Assembly (NCBI GenBank): GCA_963664395.2
Contig: OY761159.2
Coordinates: 3,680,001-3,744,000, forward strand
Reading direction: 5' to 3'
Source of the DNA: Candidatus Binatia bacterium
GTDB taxonomy: Bacteria > Desulfobacterota > Binatia > Bin18
Length of the DNA: 64,000 nucleotides
A program made the position numbers and the translations under genes. Shown piece after piece: positions 18,887-27,561 of this stretch (within the stretch, counting starts at the first letter, position 1; each line of letters starts with the position of its first letter). The notes under the pieces were generated by a model. It saw only the letters and a program-made list of their open reading frames with translations, was not told the origin of the DNA and made no database searches.

Positions 18887-19898
18887 AAAACAATCCTAGT
18901 ACTGCCGCGCTAATTTTTTGCGGGTTGGGCAAATAGTGGTCTTCCAACGGTGGGCTGAATGGCACCGGGGTGTGTGGAGCACACACTATTTTTATGGGCG
19001 CGTTCAGGTAATCAAACCCCTTGTCCGCGACCATAGCCGCAATATCGGTTGCCACGTTACAGCGCGGGTGCGATTCATCGACGATCACCAGTCGGCCCGT
19101 CTTCTCAACCGATGTCAGCACCGCCTCCTCGTCAAAGGGCGAGAGAGTCCGAGGATCAATAACCTCAACGCTTTTGCCCTGCTTTTCCAGCTCCGCGGCC
19201 GCGGCCAGGGAGTGATGCACCATCTTGCCCATAGCCACGATAGTGACATCATCGCCGGCGCGCTTAATGTCTGCTTTGCCGAACGGAATGGTGTAGTCTT
19301 CTTCTGGAACGACTCCCTTCATTGCGCCAAACGTGATGTCCTCAAAGAAAATAACCAGATCGTCATCCCGGATCGCCGAAATCAAGAGTCCTTTGGCGTC
19401 ATACGGCGTCGAGGGGACGACCGTCTTGAGCCCTGGGATATGGGTAAAGAGTGAGTGCAACACCTGAGAGTGTTGGGCCGCGGCGCGGTAGCCGCCTCCG
19501 CAGATGGTCCGAATAACCAGCGGGACTTTCGCTTTGCCGCCAAACATATAGCGGAGTTTTGCGCCCTGGTTCAGGAGTTGGTCAAAACACACGCCCATAA
19601 AACCGACGAACATCATCTCGGCAATAGGCCGCAGGCCAGTGACCGCGGCGCCCACCGCCGCGCCAATAAAACCGGACTCGCTGATGGGTGTATCGATAAT
19701 GCGCTCCCGACCAAATTCCTGGACCAAGCCTTTTGTCACGCCCAGGACTCCGCCCCAGGCTTCACCACCTTCGAGGTGATCGACATCGGCCCCGCCCGCA
19801 ACGTCCTCTCCCATTAAGATCACTTTCGGGTCGCGTCGCATTTCCTGACGCATGGCTTCATTCAGCGCTTCACCAAAATTCAACTCTCGCTCTGCCAT
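18885..19898 (-). CDS. acoB: Acetoin dehydrogenase E1 beta subunit
   Basis: MGEDVAGG, WGGVLGVTKGL, DTPISE, GLRPIAE, AAAQHSQ and PHTPVPFSPPLE. Confidence 0.88.
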   Translation of the reverse strand: MAERELNFGEALNEAMRQEMRRDPKVILMGEDVAGGADVDHLEGGEAWGGVLGVTKGLVQEFGRERIIDTPISESGFIGAAVGAAVTGLRPIAEMMFVGFMGVCFDQLLNQGAKLRYMFGGKAKVPLVIRTICGGGYRAAAQHSQVLHSLFTHIPGLKTVVPSTPYDAKGLLISAIRDDDLVIFFEDITFGAMKGVVPEEDYTIPFGKADIKRAGDDVTIVAMGKMVHHSLAAAAELEKQGKSVEVIDPRTLSPFDEEAVLTSVEKTGRLVIVDESHPRCNVATDIAAMVADKGFDYLNAPIKIVCAPHTPVPFSPPLEDHYLPNPQKISAAVLGLF

Positions 19899-19912
19899 AA
19901 TTTTTCTCCGCA

Positions 19913-19971
19913 AGGGGATTAGGGGTGGGTTTCTATCTGCCCCAATCCCTAATGCCCAGTTCCCAGCCCCT
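19913..19971. repeat. Convergent G-rich and C-rich heptamer arrays (STRR-like) between acoA and acoB
   Basis: GGGGATTAGGGGTGGG ... CCCCAAT CCCTAAT GCCCAGT TCCCAGC CCCTA. Confidence 0.75.
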
Positions 19972-20938
19972 AGTAATTCACATACACGTCAGTGAAGGTT
20001 TCCTGGACTTCGGGAAAGGGGCTGTCTTCCGCGAATGTGACCGCTCCATCAATTGCTGCATTGACCCGTTCATCGATGCCCCCAAGCTCGTCTTCGGACA
20101 CCAGGCCACGAGCCAGGACGGCCTTTTTGAAGAGCTTGATCGGATCGAGTTCGGTGCGGTATTTGTCGTTTTCCGCGGCAATTTTATAGGTCTGCGCATC
20201 GCCTTCAAAGTGGCCGAAGTGACGATAGGTCTTACACTCCACCAGGCTCGGCCCTTGTCCGGCCCGGGCGCGCGCAATCGCCTCATGCGCCGATTCATAC
20301 ACGGCAGCCAGGTCGTTCCCGTCTATGGTCACGCCCGGCATATTATACGCTGCGGCGCGGTCGGCGATATTCTCGACGCTGCAATGATAATGCGACGGCG
20401 TGGCCTCGGCATAGCCGTTATTCTCGGCCACAAAAATGACCGGCAGCTTCCAGATTGCGGCCAGGTTGAGGCTCTCGTGCAAGGTGCCCTGTTCCGACGC
20501 CCCGTCACCAAAGAAGCAGATGGTCACCTGGTCAGTCCCGTTGGTTTTTGCCGTCAGGCCGGACCCACAGGCCAGCGGCGGGCCGCCTCCGACGATACCG
20601 TTGGCCCCCAACATGCCTTTGTCCATATCGGCAATATGCATGGAGCCACCTTTGCCCTTGCAAATCCCCGTGGCCTTGCCGAACAGCTCAGCCATCATGC
20701 CCCGCACGTCCACCCCTTTTGCAATACAGTGGCCATGTCCGCGATGGGTCGAGGTCATATAGTCAGCGTCCGTGAGATGGGCACAAATCCCGACAGCTAT
20801 GGCTTCTTCCCCGGCATAGAGATGCACAAAGCCCGGGATTTTCCCCTTCCCGAACTCAGTACTGACCCTGGTTTCAAACACACGGATGAGCTGCATACGC
20901 TCATAGACCCACAGGAGCTTGTCTTTGGGAATATCCAT
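19970..20938 (-). CDS. acoA: Acetoin dehydrogenase E1 alpha subunit (TPP-dependent)
   Basis: GFVHLYAGEEA, STHRGHGHCIAKG, GGSMH, FFGDGA and ENNGYAE; start MDIPK after GGAGGG. Confidence 0.9.
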   Translation of the reverse strand: MDIPKDKLLWVYERMQLIRVFETRVSTEFGKGKIPGFVHLYAGEEAIAVGICAHLTDADYMTSTHRGHGHCIAKGVDVRGMMAELFGKATGICKGKGGSMHIADMDKGMLGANGIVGGGPPLACGSGLTAKTNGTDQVTICFFGDGASEQGTLHESLNLAAIWKLPVIFVAENNGYAEATPSHYHCSVENIADRAAAYNMPGVTIDGNDLAAVYESAHEAIARARAGQGPSLVECKTYRHFGHFEGDAQTYKIAAENDKYRTELDPIKLFKKAVLARGLVSEDELGGIDERVNAAIDGAVTFAEDSPFPEVQETFTDVYVNY

Positions 20939-21032
20939 ACCGCCCTCCTTTTCCAGTAATTCTGTACCGGCTTCATAACACGAAACGCGGACAGGGGAAA
21001 CAGAATGGGCGGATGAGGGGCGAGAAGTGTCC

Positions 21033-21193
21033 ATCCCCTCTTGGGAGGGGTGGCGCGTAGCGCCGGGGCGGGTTGTCCCATCCTTAGGGAGTGCGGGCAT
21101 CCTGCCCGCATTTATACCTGTCGGATTGCGTGGGGATGGACGTAAGCCGGGGACCCCCTCACCCTGGCCCTCTCCCCCACAGAGGCGAGGGGA
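21033..21193. repeat. Cluster of three different REP-like elements: family A 21033-21074, family C 21087-21109, family B 21154-21193
   Basis: Each matches dispersed copies elsewhere in the window. Confidence 0.75.
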
Positions 21194-21275
21194 TAAGATG
21201 GGGGCGAGGCGAGGCTGGGAGAAGCGTTGTTCTAGCGCGAGGTGGTGAGATGTGATGAATGGGAGAGGGTCTACC

Positions 21276-21386
21276 ATGGGAAAGATACGCCTCAGCGAAA
21301 GCGACGTTTGCGCCAAGTTCATCACGCCGGCCCTGCACCAAGCCGGGTGGGACGAGGCCACGCAAATTCGCCGCGAGGTCAGCTTC
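21276..21386 (+). pseudogene. hsdR: N-terminal stub of a type I restriction subunit HsdR (EcoAI-like)
   Basis: MGKIRLSESDVCAKFITPALHQAGWDEATQIRREVSF matches the EcoAI-type HsdR start (LSExDICxKFITPA..AGW...QIREEVSF); similarity stops after 37 codons. Confidence 0.75.
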
Positions 21387-21401
21387 TTGAGGGTGAGGGT
21401 C

Positions 21402-21435
21402 GGTGTTGACAACACCTATCTGAGCCACCTATAGC
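21402..21435 (+). promoter_or_regulatory. Sigma70-like promoter with a perfect palindrome over the -35 box
   Basis: GGTGTTG-A-CAACACC (21402-21416) contains TTGACA at 21406; TATAGC lies 18 bp downstream; ATG at 21445. Confidence 0.55.
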
Positions 21436-21444
21436 CTGAGATGT

Positions 21445-22230
21445 ATGATTAAAGGGATACAAATAGGCGAGACGGCTTATGTCATGACGGCATTGTCCAT
21501 ACATTTCAGGACGACAAGTGCGTTCTTCCGAGAAAAAGATGCTGTCCTCGCTGACCATTCACCGAAACCATTTCCTCACTTCTCCCGGGGTGATCGTGAC
21601 TTTAATCTTATCGACATGGAAAAGCGTACGGTCGTAAGGTTCGAACCAAATCGTGCTGTAGCCAGATCGGAAGGCCAAGACAGTCTTGACCGGTTTCAAA
21701 CAGTAGTAGATGTACTGCGCGAGATTGTGAATCGATTCCAGATACAGGACATCTTTCAAATTCTTCTACACGATATACGGTGTGTTCCTACTAAGAATAT
21801 TAGGAAGGCCCGCGATTTCTTCTGTGAGCAGTTCTGCACGGAAAAGGGAATGTCGATTCTTGACGACGACATGACCCGTGACTACTCAACAACCGTTGAG
21901 CGAAAATGGCTTTTGAACAATAAGATGCAGGAGCAGAAGGTAAAAAGGGAATGTGAAGTTGAAGCGAGTGGAGTAGTTCTGGTTGGTCCGGCCACAAGGG
22001 ATGAGATCGCTGACAAGAGATGGATTGAATTCCACGATGCCGCGGATAACAATCTCTACAAGGCTCCAAATCTCTCGCCATCGGCAGGGGTGCTTGCCAA
22101 TATGGAGATGTACGCTCAGCCATACGAGGGAGGTTCGCAGAAATTTATGATGGTTGAAACATTGGATGCGTTCTATAGATGGGCTGTGGGACAGACAGAC
22201 TCTGTCTGGAAACGAATTGTTACTTCGTAA
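21445..22230 (+). CDS. Hypothetical protein, weakly TIGR04255-like
   Basis: 261-aa ORF with lower GC than its flanks; overall pattern resembles the TIGR04255 family by eye only. Confidence 0.55.
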   Translation: MIKGIQIGETAYVMTALSIHFRTTSAFFREKDAVLADHSPKPFPHFSRGDRDFNLIDMEKRTVVRFEPNRAVARSEGQDSLDRFQTVVDVLREIVNRFQIQDIFQILLHDIRCVPTKNIRKARDFFCEQFCTEKGMSILDDDMTRDYSTTVERKWLLNNKMQEQKVKRECEVEASGVVLVGPATRDEIADKRWIEFHDAADNNLYKAPNLSPSAGVLANMEMYAQPYEGGSQKFMMVETLDAFYRWAVGQTDSVWKRIVTS

Positions 22231-22241
22231 GGAAGGCGAAC

Positions 22242-22760
22242 ATGGCTGCAGGAATGAATACAGACAAGGCTGCGGGAATGACCACCACTAACGGATGGAC
22301 CTCCTCCTCCTCTAGTGGATCGATACCGGTTGCTCTCGAAAATTTGGACAGTAAAACGTTAGACGACCCAACCGTTTCCTCAGGCTTCCAGGGCAACGGC
22401 TCTCATGAATATATGAAGGAGCAACTTGATGCCCTCAGCATGATATCGATATCACGAAAGGGAAGCCAGGAAACGGACGATATTATTTCTATTGGCGCAG
22501 TGGATGAGCCTCTGAGTCCGATGGATTTGCTATGGAGAGTCCGCGAAGATCGTATTGCAGAGATACTACTGCGGGCTGAGACGATTGAGGTGTTGGAAGC
22601 GGTTGGACAGAGGGATTTGGCTGTCATCCATTCGTCATATCAGCATCTTCATGCTTTTGCAGATCTCGTTTCAGAAGATCTGATTAGTGTTGAAGATGGC
22701 CACCCCGTTCTTACCCCTCTCGTAGAGGAACATATCCGCCTCCTGAGCGACAAGATTTAG
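22242..22760 (+). CDS. Hypothetical protein with Ser/Thr-rich disordered N-terminus and probable winged-helix C-terminus
   Basis: AAGGAAGG ribosome-binding site; C-terminal FADLVSEDLISVEDGHPVLTPLVEEHI resembles a wHTH recognition helix plus wing. Confidence 0.55.
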   Translation: MAAGMNTDKAAGMTTTNGWTSSSSSGSIPVALENLDSKTLDDPTVSSGFQGNGSHEYMKEQLDALSMISISRKGSQETDDIISIGAVDEPLSPMDLLWRVREDRIAEILLRAETIEVLEAVGQRDLAVIHSSYQHLHAFADLVSEDLISVEDGHPVLTPLVEEHIRLLSDKI

Positions 22761-22763
22761 CAG

Positions 22764-23297
22764 GTGGCTTTGAATTCCAGCCTGAAAACTGCACTTGTGC
22801 AGGCCCAAAAACGCTTCCGAGAGGTTCAATTCTACGTCCTTATCTGGGGGCCGGGGAGTACATCCGACACACCACAGCGTGAAAAGCGTGATCGTATAAG
22901 GAAAGACCTAGAACAACTGCTTGGACCAGAAAATGTCTGGTACAGCGAAGATATTTCCGAAGATAACGATCCTGAGTTGGACAGACTCCGAGAGTTGGGA
23001 GATTTGGGCTCAGAGTATGTACAGGTTCAGGCTGCTGATGCGGTAGTCCTGATACCAGAATCTCCTGGTTCTATTGCTGAGGCCGCTCTTTATCAAGACG
23101 AGTTGCGTGGCAAGACCATTGTATTTACTACGAAGCGGCAGGGCACTTCGTTTGCCAGTAACACTTACTTCATGCACAAGGTTGAGACGGTAACGGAGCG
23201 AGAATGGAGCAGCTGCCAGCGCGTTCGTCGCCTGGCAAAAAGGTTCATTAATGATCTCCGTTTTCTGAAGGCGAAGCGGCTTAGCCTGATGAACTGA
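22764..23297 (+). CDS. Nucleoside deoxyribosyltransferase-like protein (retron St85/Ec86-effector-like)
   Basis: VLIWGPG...R..IRKDL...WYSED...E..QVQAADAVVLIPESPGSIAE, the NDT-fold ESPGSxAE signature. Confidence 0.65.
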   Translation: MALNSSLKTALVQAQKRFREVQFYVLIWGPGSTSDTPQREKRDRIRKDLEQLLGPENVWYSEDISEDNDPELDRLRELGDLGSEYVQVQAADAVVLIPESPGSIAEAALYQDELRGKTIVFTTKRQGTSFASNTYFMHKVETVTEREWSSCQRVRRLAKRFINDLRFLKAKRLSLMN

Positions 23298-23319
23298 CCA
23301 ACATGGGCTAGACATTCTC

Positions 23320-23724
23320 TCAGACCATTAGCGCTATGCCTTCCGCCTGTGCCGCTACGCTGAGTTTGCGGTCAAGGGTGGCAAGCGGCCGTTGTTGCCG
23401 GACCGCTAATTCCAGGTACAGCGCATCATACGCGCTCAAGCCGTGGGTCCTGGCCAGCCGGAGGAGGGAGGCATTGTCCGGTGCGTGGTCCAAGTGGATG
23501 CCCAGCGCGTCAATAGCCTGCACTGCGGCCGCAGTTTCCTCTTGTGTTAAGCGTCCCCTGCACTCTGCAATGACCAGGACGTTACGGACTTCCACCCACC
23601 ACAGCGCCGGAGCGATGCCGCCAATTTCCGCCACCTGCTCCAGGGCAGCACCGGCTTGGGCCGATTGCTCGTCCCTGAGCACCCAGGCCATGGTGACGGA
23701 ACTATCCAGGACGGGGGCCTTCAA
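23320..23724 (-). CDS. vapC: VapC PIN-domain toxin
   Basis: VLDSSVTMAW, WWVEVRNVL, LSAYDALYLELA and LATLD; TTG start overlaps the antitoxin stop. Confidence 0.9.
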   Translation of the reverse strand: MKAPVLDSSVTMAWVLRDEQSAQAGAALEQVAEIGGIAPALWWVEVRNVLVIAECRGRLTQEETAAAVQAIDALGIHLDHAPDNASLLRLARTHGLSAYDALYLELAVRQQRPLATLDRKLSVAAQAEGIALMV

Positions 23725-23963
23725 CGCCGACCTTCGTTGCGCATTTGAAGAATGTCCTCGGTTGTCGCCCACCCAATGCGCTTGCGCAGAGCGCGGAGGG
23801 TCGTGGCCGCGGCAACAGCGACTTCACGGTCGGGCGCTTCCGGTGGTATCAACCGGGCCACCGCGCGCCCACGTTTGGTGATGATGATGGTCTCTCCGCG
23901 CGCGACCTCGTCAAGCAATGCGGAAAGGTGGGTTTTCGCCTCGAACGTGCCGACTTCTCTCAT
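23721..23963 (-). CDS. Phd/YefM family antitoxin
   Basis: VGTFEAKTHLSALLDEVARGETIIITKRGRAVARL. Confidence 0.92.
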   Translation of the reverse strand: MREVGTFEAKTHLSALLDEVARGETIIITKRGRAVARLIPPEAPDREVAVAAATTLRALRKRIGWATTEDILQMRNEGRR

Positions 23964-23989
23964 AATCCCTCTTGGAATAATAAGCTAGT

Positions 23990-24021
23990 CTATTATCTGG
24001 TTAGATAAAGGCCCATGTCAA
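23990..24021 (-). promoter_or_regulatory. Toxin-antitoxin operon promoter with operator palindrome
   Basis: Minus strand TTGACA-N18-GATAAT; palindrome TTATCT-N4-AGATAA (23993-24008) overlaps the -10. Confidence 0.6.
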
Positions 24022-24143
24022 GCCGTAGTTCGCAGGAAAAGCACCGAAACACCTGCAAAAAAGTATCGCTACTCCTGTAAGTTCGGATCTACCGAGTTGC
24101 AAAACTTCTGATTATTTATAGTCTGGGCGTGGAATGGAACTAG

Positions 24144-25869
24144 ATGATGCCTTCTCTCCTCTACGAACCTGATGAGCGCCCGCCGTATGCCTTTGCCTTT
24201 GGACTGAGCTTTCAGCGGGCCATGTTAATGGGCCCCAGCCTGGCGCTCATACCGACTATTATCATGCGGGCCGCGAATCAGGACGAGACTTATCTGTCTT
24301 GGACAATCTTCGCCCTGCTCATGGTTACTGGCGCGATCACGATAGTGCAGACGCTTCGTATCGGGCGCTTCGGCTCGGGGTATGTGCTCGTGATGGGGTC
24401 CGCTAGTGCTTTCGTCGGCGTGTGTATCCCCGCGCTCGTTGAGGGCGGCCCGTCTTTGCTGGCCAGCTTGATTATCGTTGCCGCCGTGTTTCAGTTTGTG
24501 CTGGCTGCCCGTCTCTCCTTGTTGCGGCGCTTCATCACGCCGATGGTGGCTGGAACGATCCTCACCCTGATTCCCGTTTCTGTCATGCCGGCGATCTTTC
24601 GGATGCTGACCAATGTGCCGGAGGGGACGCCGGAGGCCGCGGCCCCGACGAGTGCGGCGGTTACCTTTGCCACGGCTGTGGCGCCTCGCGCTACGCGCCT
24701 CAGAGACGTGGCGACCATGGGCGCCGCTCATCGGGGTTGTGGCCGGCTGCATGGTGGGCGTGTGGTTCGGCCTGTATGACGTAGACCGGATCCTTGCCGC
24801 CCCCTGGATCGGCTTACCGACCAACGCCTGGCCGGGAGTAGACCTGACGTTTGGCCCCGCTTTCTGATCTCTCCTGCCCGGATTCCTATTCGTGATTCTG
24901 GTCGGGACGACGGGAACCCTTAGCCATGCCGTTGCCGTGCAGCGGGTCTCGTGGCGCAAGCGACGGGCGACCGATCTCCGCTCGGTCCAGGGCGCGGTGG
25001 CCGCAGTTGGCTTGGGCAATCTGCTGTGCGGCCTCGCTGGGACGATCCCGTGCGGCACCCGCCCGTCAAGCGCGCCGCTTGTGGAGCTGACCGGCGTGGC
25101 GGCGCGTCGTGTCGGGGTGTGCATCGGCATCATCTTCCTTGCCTTGGCTTTTTTACCCAAGCTGATGGCCGTGTTGATGGCCATTCCGAGCCCGGTGGCG
25201 GCTGCCTATCTCACGGTCCTGGTCAGCCTCATCTTTGTCCAGGGCATGCAGCTCGTCCTCCAGGGTGGAAACGACTACCGCAAAACCCTGGTGGTCGGCG
25301 TGTCGTTTTGGGTCGGGGTGGGCTTCCAGTATCAGGCCATTTTCCCCGACTACCTGAGCGGGATGTGGGCGATCCTGCTCAGCAACGGTATCACCGCAGG
25401 CGGCCTTATGGTCGTCGGCTTGACCTTGTTCCTGGAGCTGACCGGCCCCCGCCGCCGCCGTCTGGACATGGAGCTGGCGGTTGCGGGCCTGCCGAAGCTG
25501 GAGGAGTTCTTATGTGCCCTTGCCGCCCGCCTGGGGTGGAGCGCGGAGGCGACCCAGCGCCTGTGCTTGATCGGCGAGGAAGCGCTGACGAGTCTGGGGC
25601 AACAGATGGACGCCAAGGCGACGGATCGTGCGAAGCCGCGTTTGCGTGTACTGGCCCGTCAGGACGGCGCTGCCGTGGAGTTGGAGTTTATAGCGGCGAT
25701 TGGTGAGGCTAACCTTGAAGACCACATCGCGCTGCTCGGGGACCAAGTGGAGACGCCCAACGAGCGCGAACTCTCGCTGCGTTTGCTGCGGCACTTCGCC
25801 TCGTCCGTGCGCCACCAACAGTACCACAACATTGATATTGTAAGCGTGCGCGTTGACGGCTCGGTGTAA
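24144..25869 (+). pseudogene. NCS2 (xanthine/uracil) permease with extra C-terminal soluble domain, disrupted
   Basis: Permease similarity spans three track ORFs; +1 frameshift near 24684 (GTGGCG-C-CTCGCG) and in-frame TGA at 24865-24867 (PAF*SLLP). Confidence 0.8.
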
Positions 25870-25955
25870 ACCCCGAGAGAGGGGTCAGCCGTCAGGCAGC
25901 GGTTCTCGCCGTATGGCGGGGAGAGGAAAGCGATGTTGAGGGAGGGGGTTGTTGC

Positions 25956-27341
25956 TTATTCGTCCTCGTCCGGCAGCCGGTAGGCCGTGCCGTCAATGAG
26001 GCGTTTAGTGTCGTAGTTCCAGCGGGTCATCCAGTGTTCGACCACGTGATAGGCCGGACACTGGCCCTTATCAATTTCCTCCCGCAGTCGCTCAAGATAG
26101 ATGGTCTCATTTTCTCCGGCCTCATTGCAGTCGTTCTGTCGCTCTAACCCTTCCCAGGCGATCGTAACCAGCTCTTTGGCCAGATCGAGCAGGCGTATGC
26201 CCTGCACTCGTGCGCCCAGGGCTTGGCGATGGGCTTGATGATAGGCTTCGATGCGCTCCTCCCAGCTCCACTTTTTCACCAGGTCCCAGGCGGCCAACAG
26301 TGGGTCGTTATCAAAAAAGATGCCTTTGGTGAGGGCCGGCACGGCCAGCATGTATTCAAACGGCTGGTTATCAAAGCAACGGATCTCTAGGTATTTTTTA
26401 ATCCGCACTTCCGGAAAGAGGGTCGTCAGGTGGATGCCCCAGTCTTCCATGCTGGCGCGTTCCCCTTCGTACCCCTCCTCCAGGAATTGGCGAAAGGACA
26501 TATGGGTCATATTAATCCACTGGCCTTTGCGCACAATAAAATACATGGGAACATTCAGCGCGTATTCCGCATAGTCTTCAAACCCAGGAGAGTCGGCAAA
26601 AGCGAATGGCAGCAAACCACACCGCCGTTTGTCCGTATCGGTCCAGACGTGGCCCCGCATGGTCATAAAACCGTTCAGCCTCCCATCTGAGATCGGAGAG
26701 TTGGCAAACATGGCGGACAGTATGGGTACGAGTCCCATACTCGTCTTCAGCTTCATCATGGCGTCAGTTTCGTCGCTAAAGTCGAAATTGACCTGAATGG
26801 AAGCGGTTTGCTTCATCATGCGCTGCCCCAGCGTCCCGACCTTTTCCATATACGGGCCCATGATCGAATAGCGCGTTTTAGGAATCCACTGGATGTCATC
26901 CAGTGAGCTGACCGGCTGTACTCCCAAGTTGACGAAATCAATGTCCAATTCGTCCGCAATGGGCAGCAGGTGCTTGAGATGGCGCCGGAGTTCTTTGTCC
27001 GCACAATGGATGGTCTCACACTGTTCGCCGGAGAGTTCGAGCTGAGCGCCAGGTTCAAGCGCGATATTGGCTCGCTCGCCTTGGAGGGCGATGATGCGAC
27101 CGGCTTCTTCTTGGGGCTCCCATTCCAGGGAGTCGGCCAGGCGGCTCAGGATATGCTCAATGCCGCGCCGTCCGGAGTAGCGCGCTGCCCGGCCACTCCG
27201 GCGTGATACGCCTAGCAGTTCGTACTCTGTGCCAATGCGCCAATCCTCTCGGGGCTTTGCGGCTTGAAAGAAGTATTCGATGAGTTGGGCATGGTCTTCA
27301 ATAACAAGATCCGTGTCTGGTCCTTCGATATACTGCGACAT
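25956..27341 (-). CDS. gshA: Glutamate--cysteine ligase (plant/alphaproteobacterial type)
   Basis: RIGTEYE, LEPGAQLELSG, MMKQTASIQVNFD, FANSP, WTDTD..R.G and HLTTLFPEVRIKKYLEIR. Confidence 0.9.
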   Translation of the reverse strand: MSQYIEGPDTDLVIEDHAQLIEYFFQAAKPREDWRIGTEYELLGVSRRSGRAARYSGRRGIEHILSRLADSLEWEPQEEAGRIIALQGERANIALEPGAQLELSGEQCETIHCADKELRRHLKHLLPIADELDIDFVNLGVQPVSSLDDIQWIPKTRYSIMGPYMEKVGTLGQRMMKQTASIQVNFDFSDETDAMMKLKTSMGLVPILSAMFANSPISDGRLNGFMTMRGHVWTDTDKRRCGLLPFAFADSPGFEDYAEYALNVPMYFIVRKGQWINMTHMSFRQFLEEGYEGERASMEDWGIHLTTLFPEVRIKKYLEIRCFDNQPFEYMLAVPALTKGIFFDNDPLLAAWDLVKKWSWEERIEAYHQAHRQALGARVQGIRLLDLAKELVTIAWEGLERQNDCNEAGENETIYLERLREEIDKGQCPAYHVVEHWMTRWNYDTKRLIDGTAYRLPDEDE

Positions 27342-27561
27342 CCGGTGACATCCTCCCCCCTCTTGAGGGCCTTACAAAAGGCGGCCCCAACGTAACCAGA
27401 CGCAGAGGCTAAGGCAAGGGGATTTCGGAACGGGAGTGGAGGGAGCGAAGAAGCTCTTGGAAATGTGAGACCCCAACTCGTGAGAAAGCAGGAGATACTG
27501 GGTATCCATGTCTTCACGAATATGAATGGCCTCGTCCTTGGCCTTTCGTTTGCTCCCTGCA

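Noticed and set aside
20939-21415. N-terminal extension of acoA to 481 aa
   Set aside because: The extension runs through REP elements and antisense to the hsdR stub; a good ribosome-binding site precedes MDIPK at 20938.
21445-23297. A complete retron
   Set aside because: No reverse transcriptase motif (YADD) and no msr/msd-like inverted repeats nearby; only the effector-like protein is present.
24865-24867. In-frame TGA in the NCS2 permease as a second selenocysteine
   Set aside because: The context (PAF*SLLP) fits a TGG to TGA mutation in a membrane segment. There is no redox motif or convincing SECIS, and the gene has a separate frameshift.
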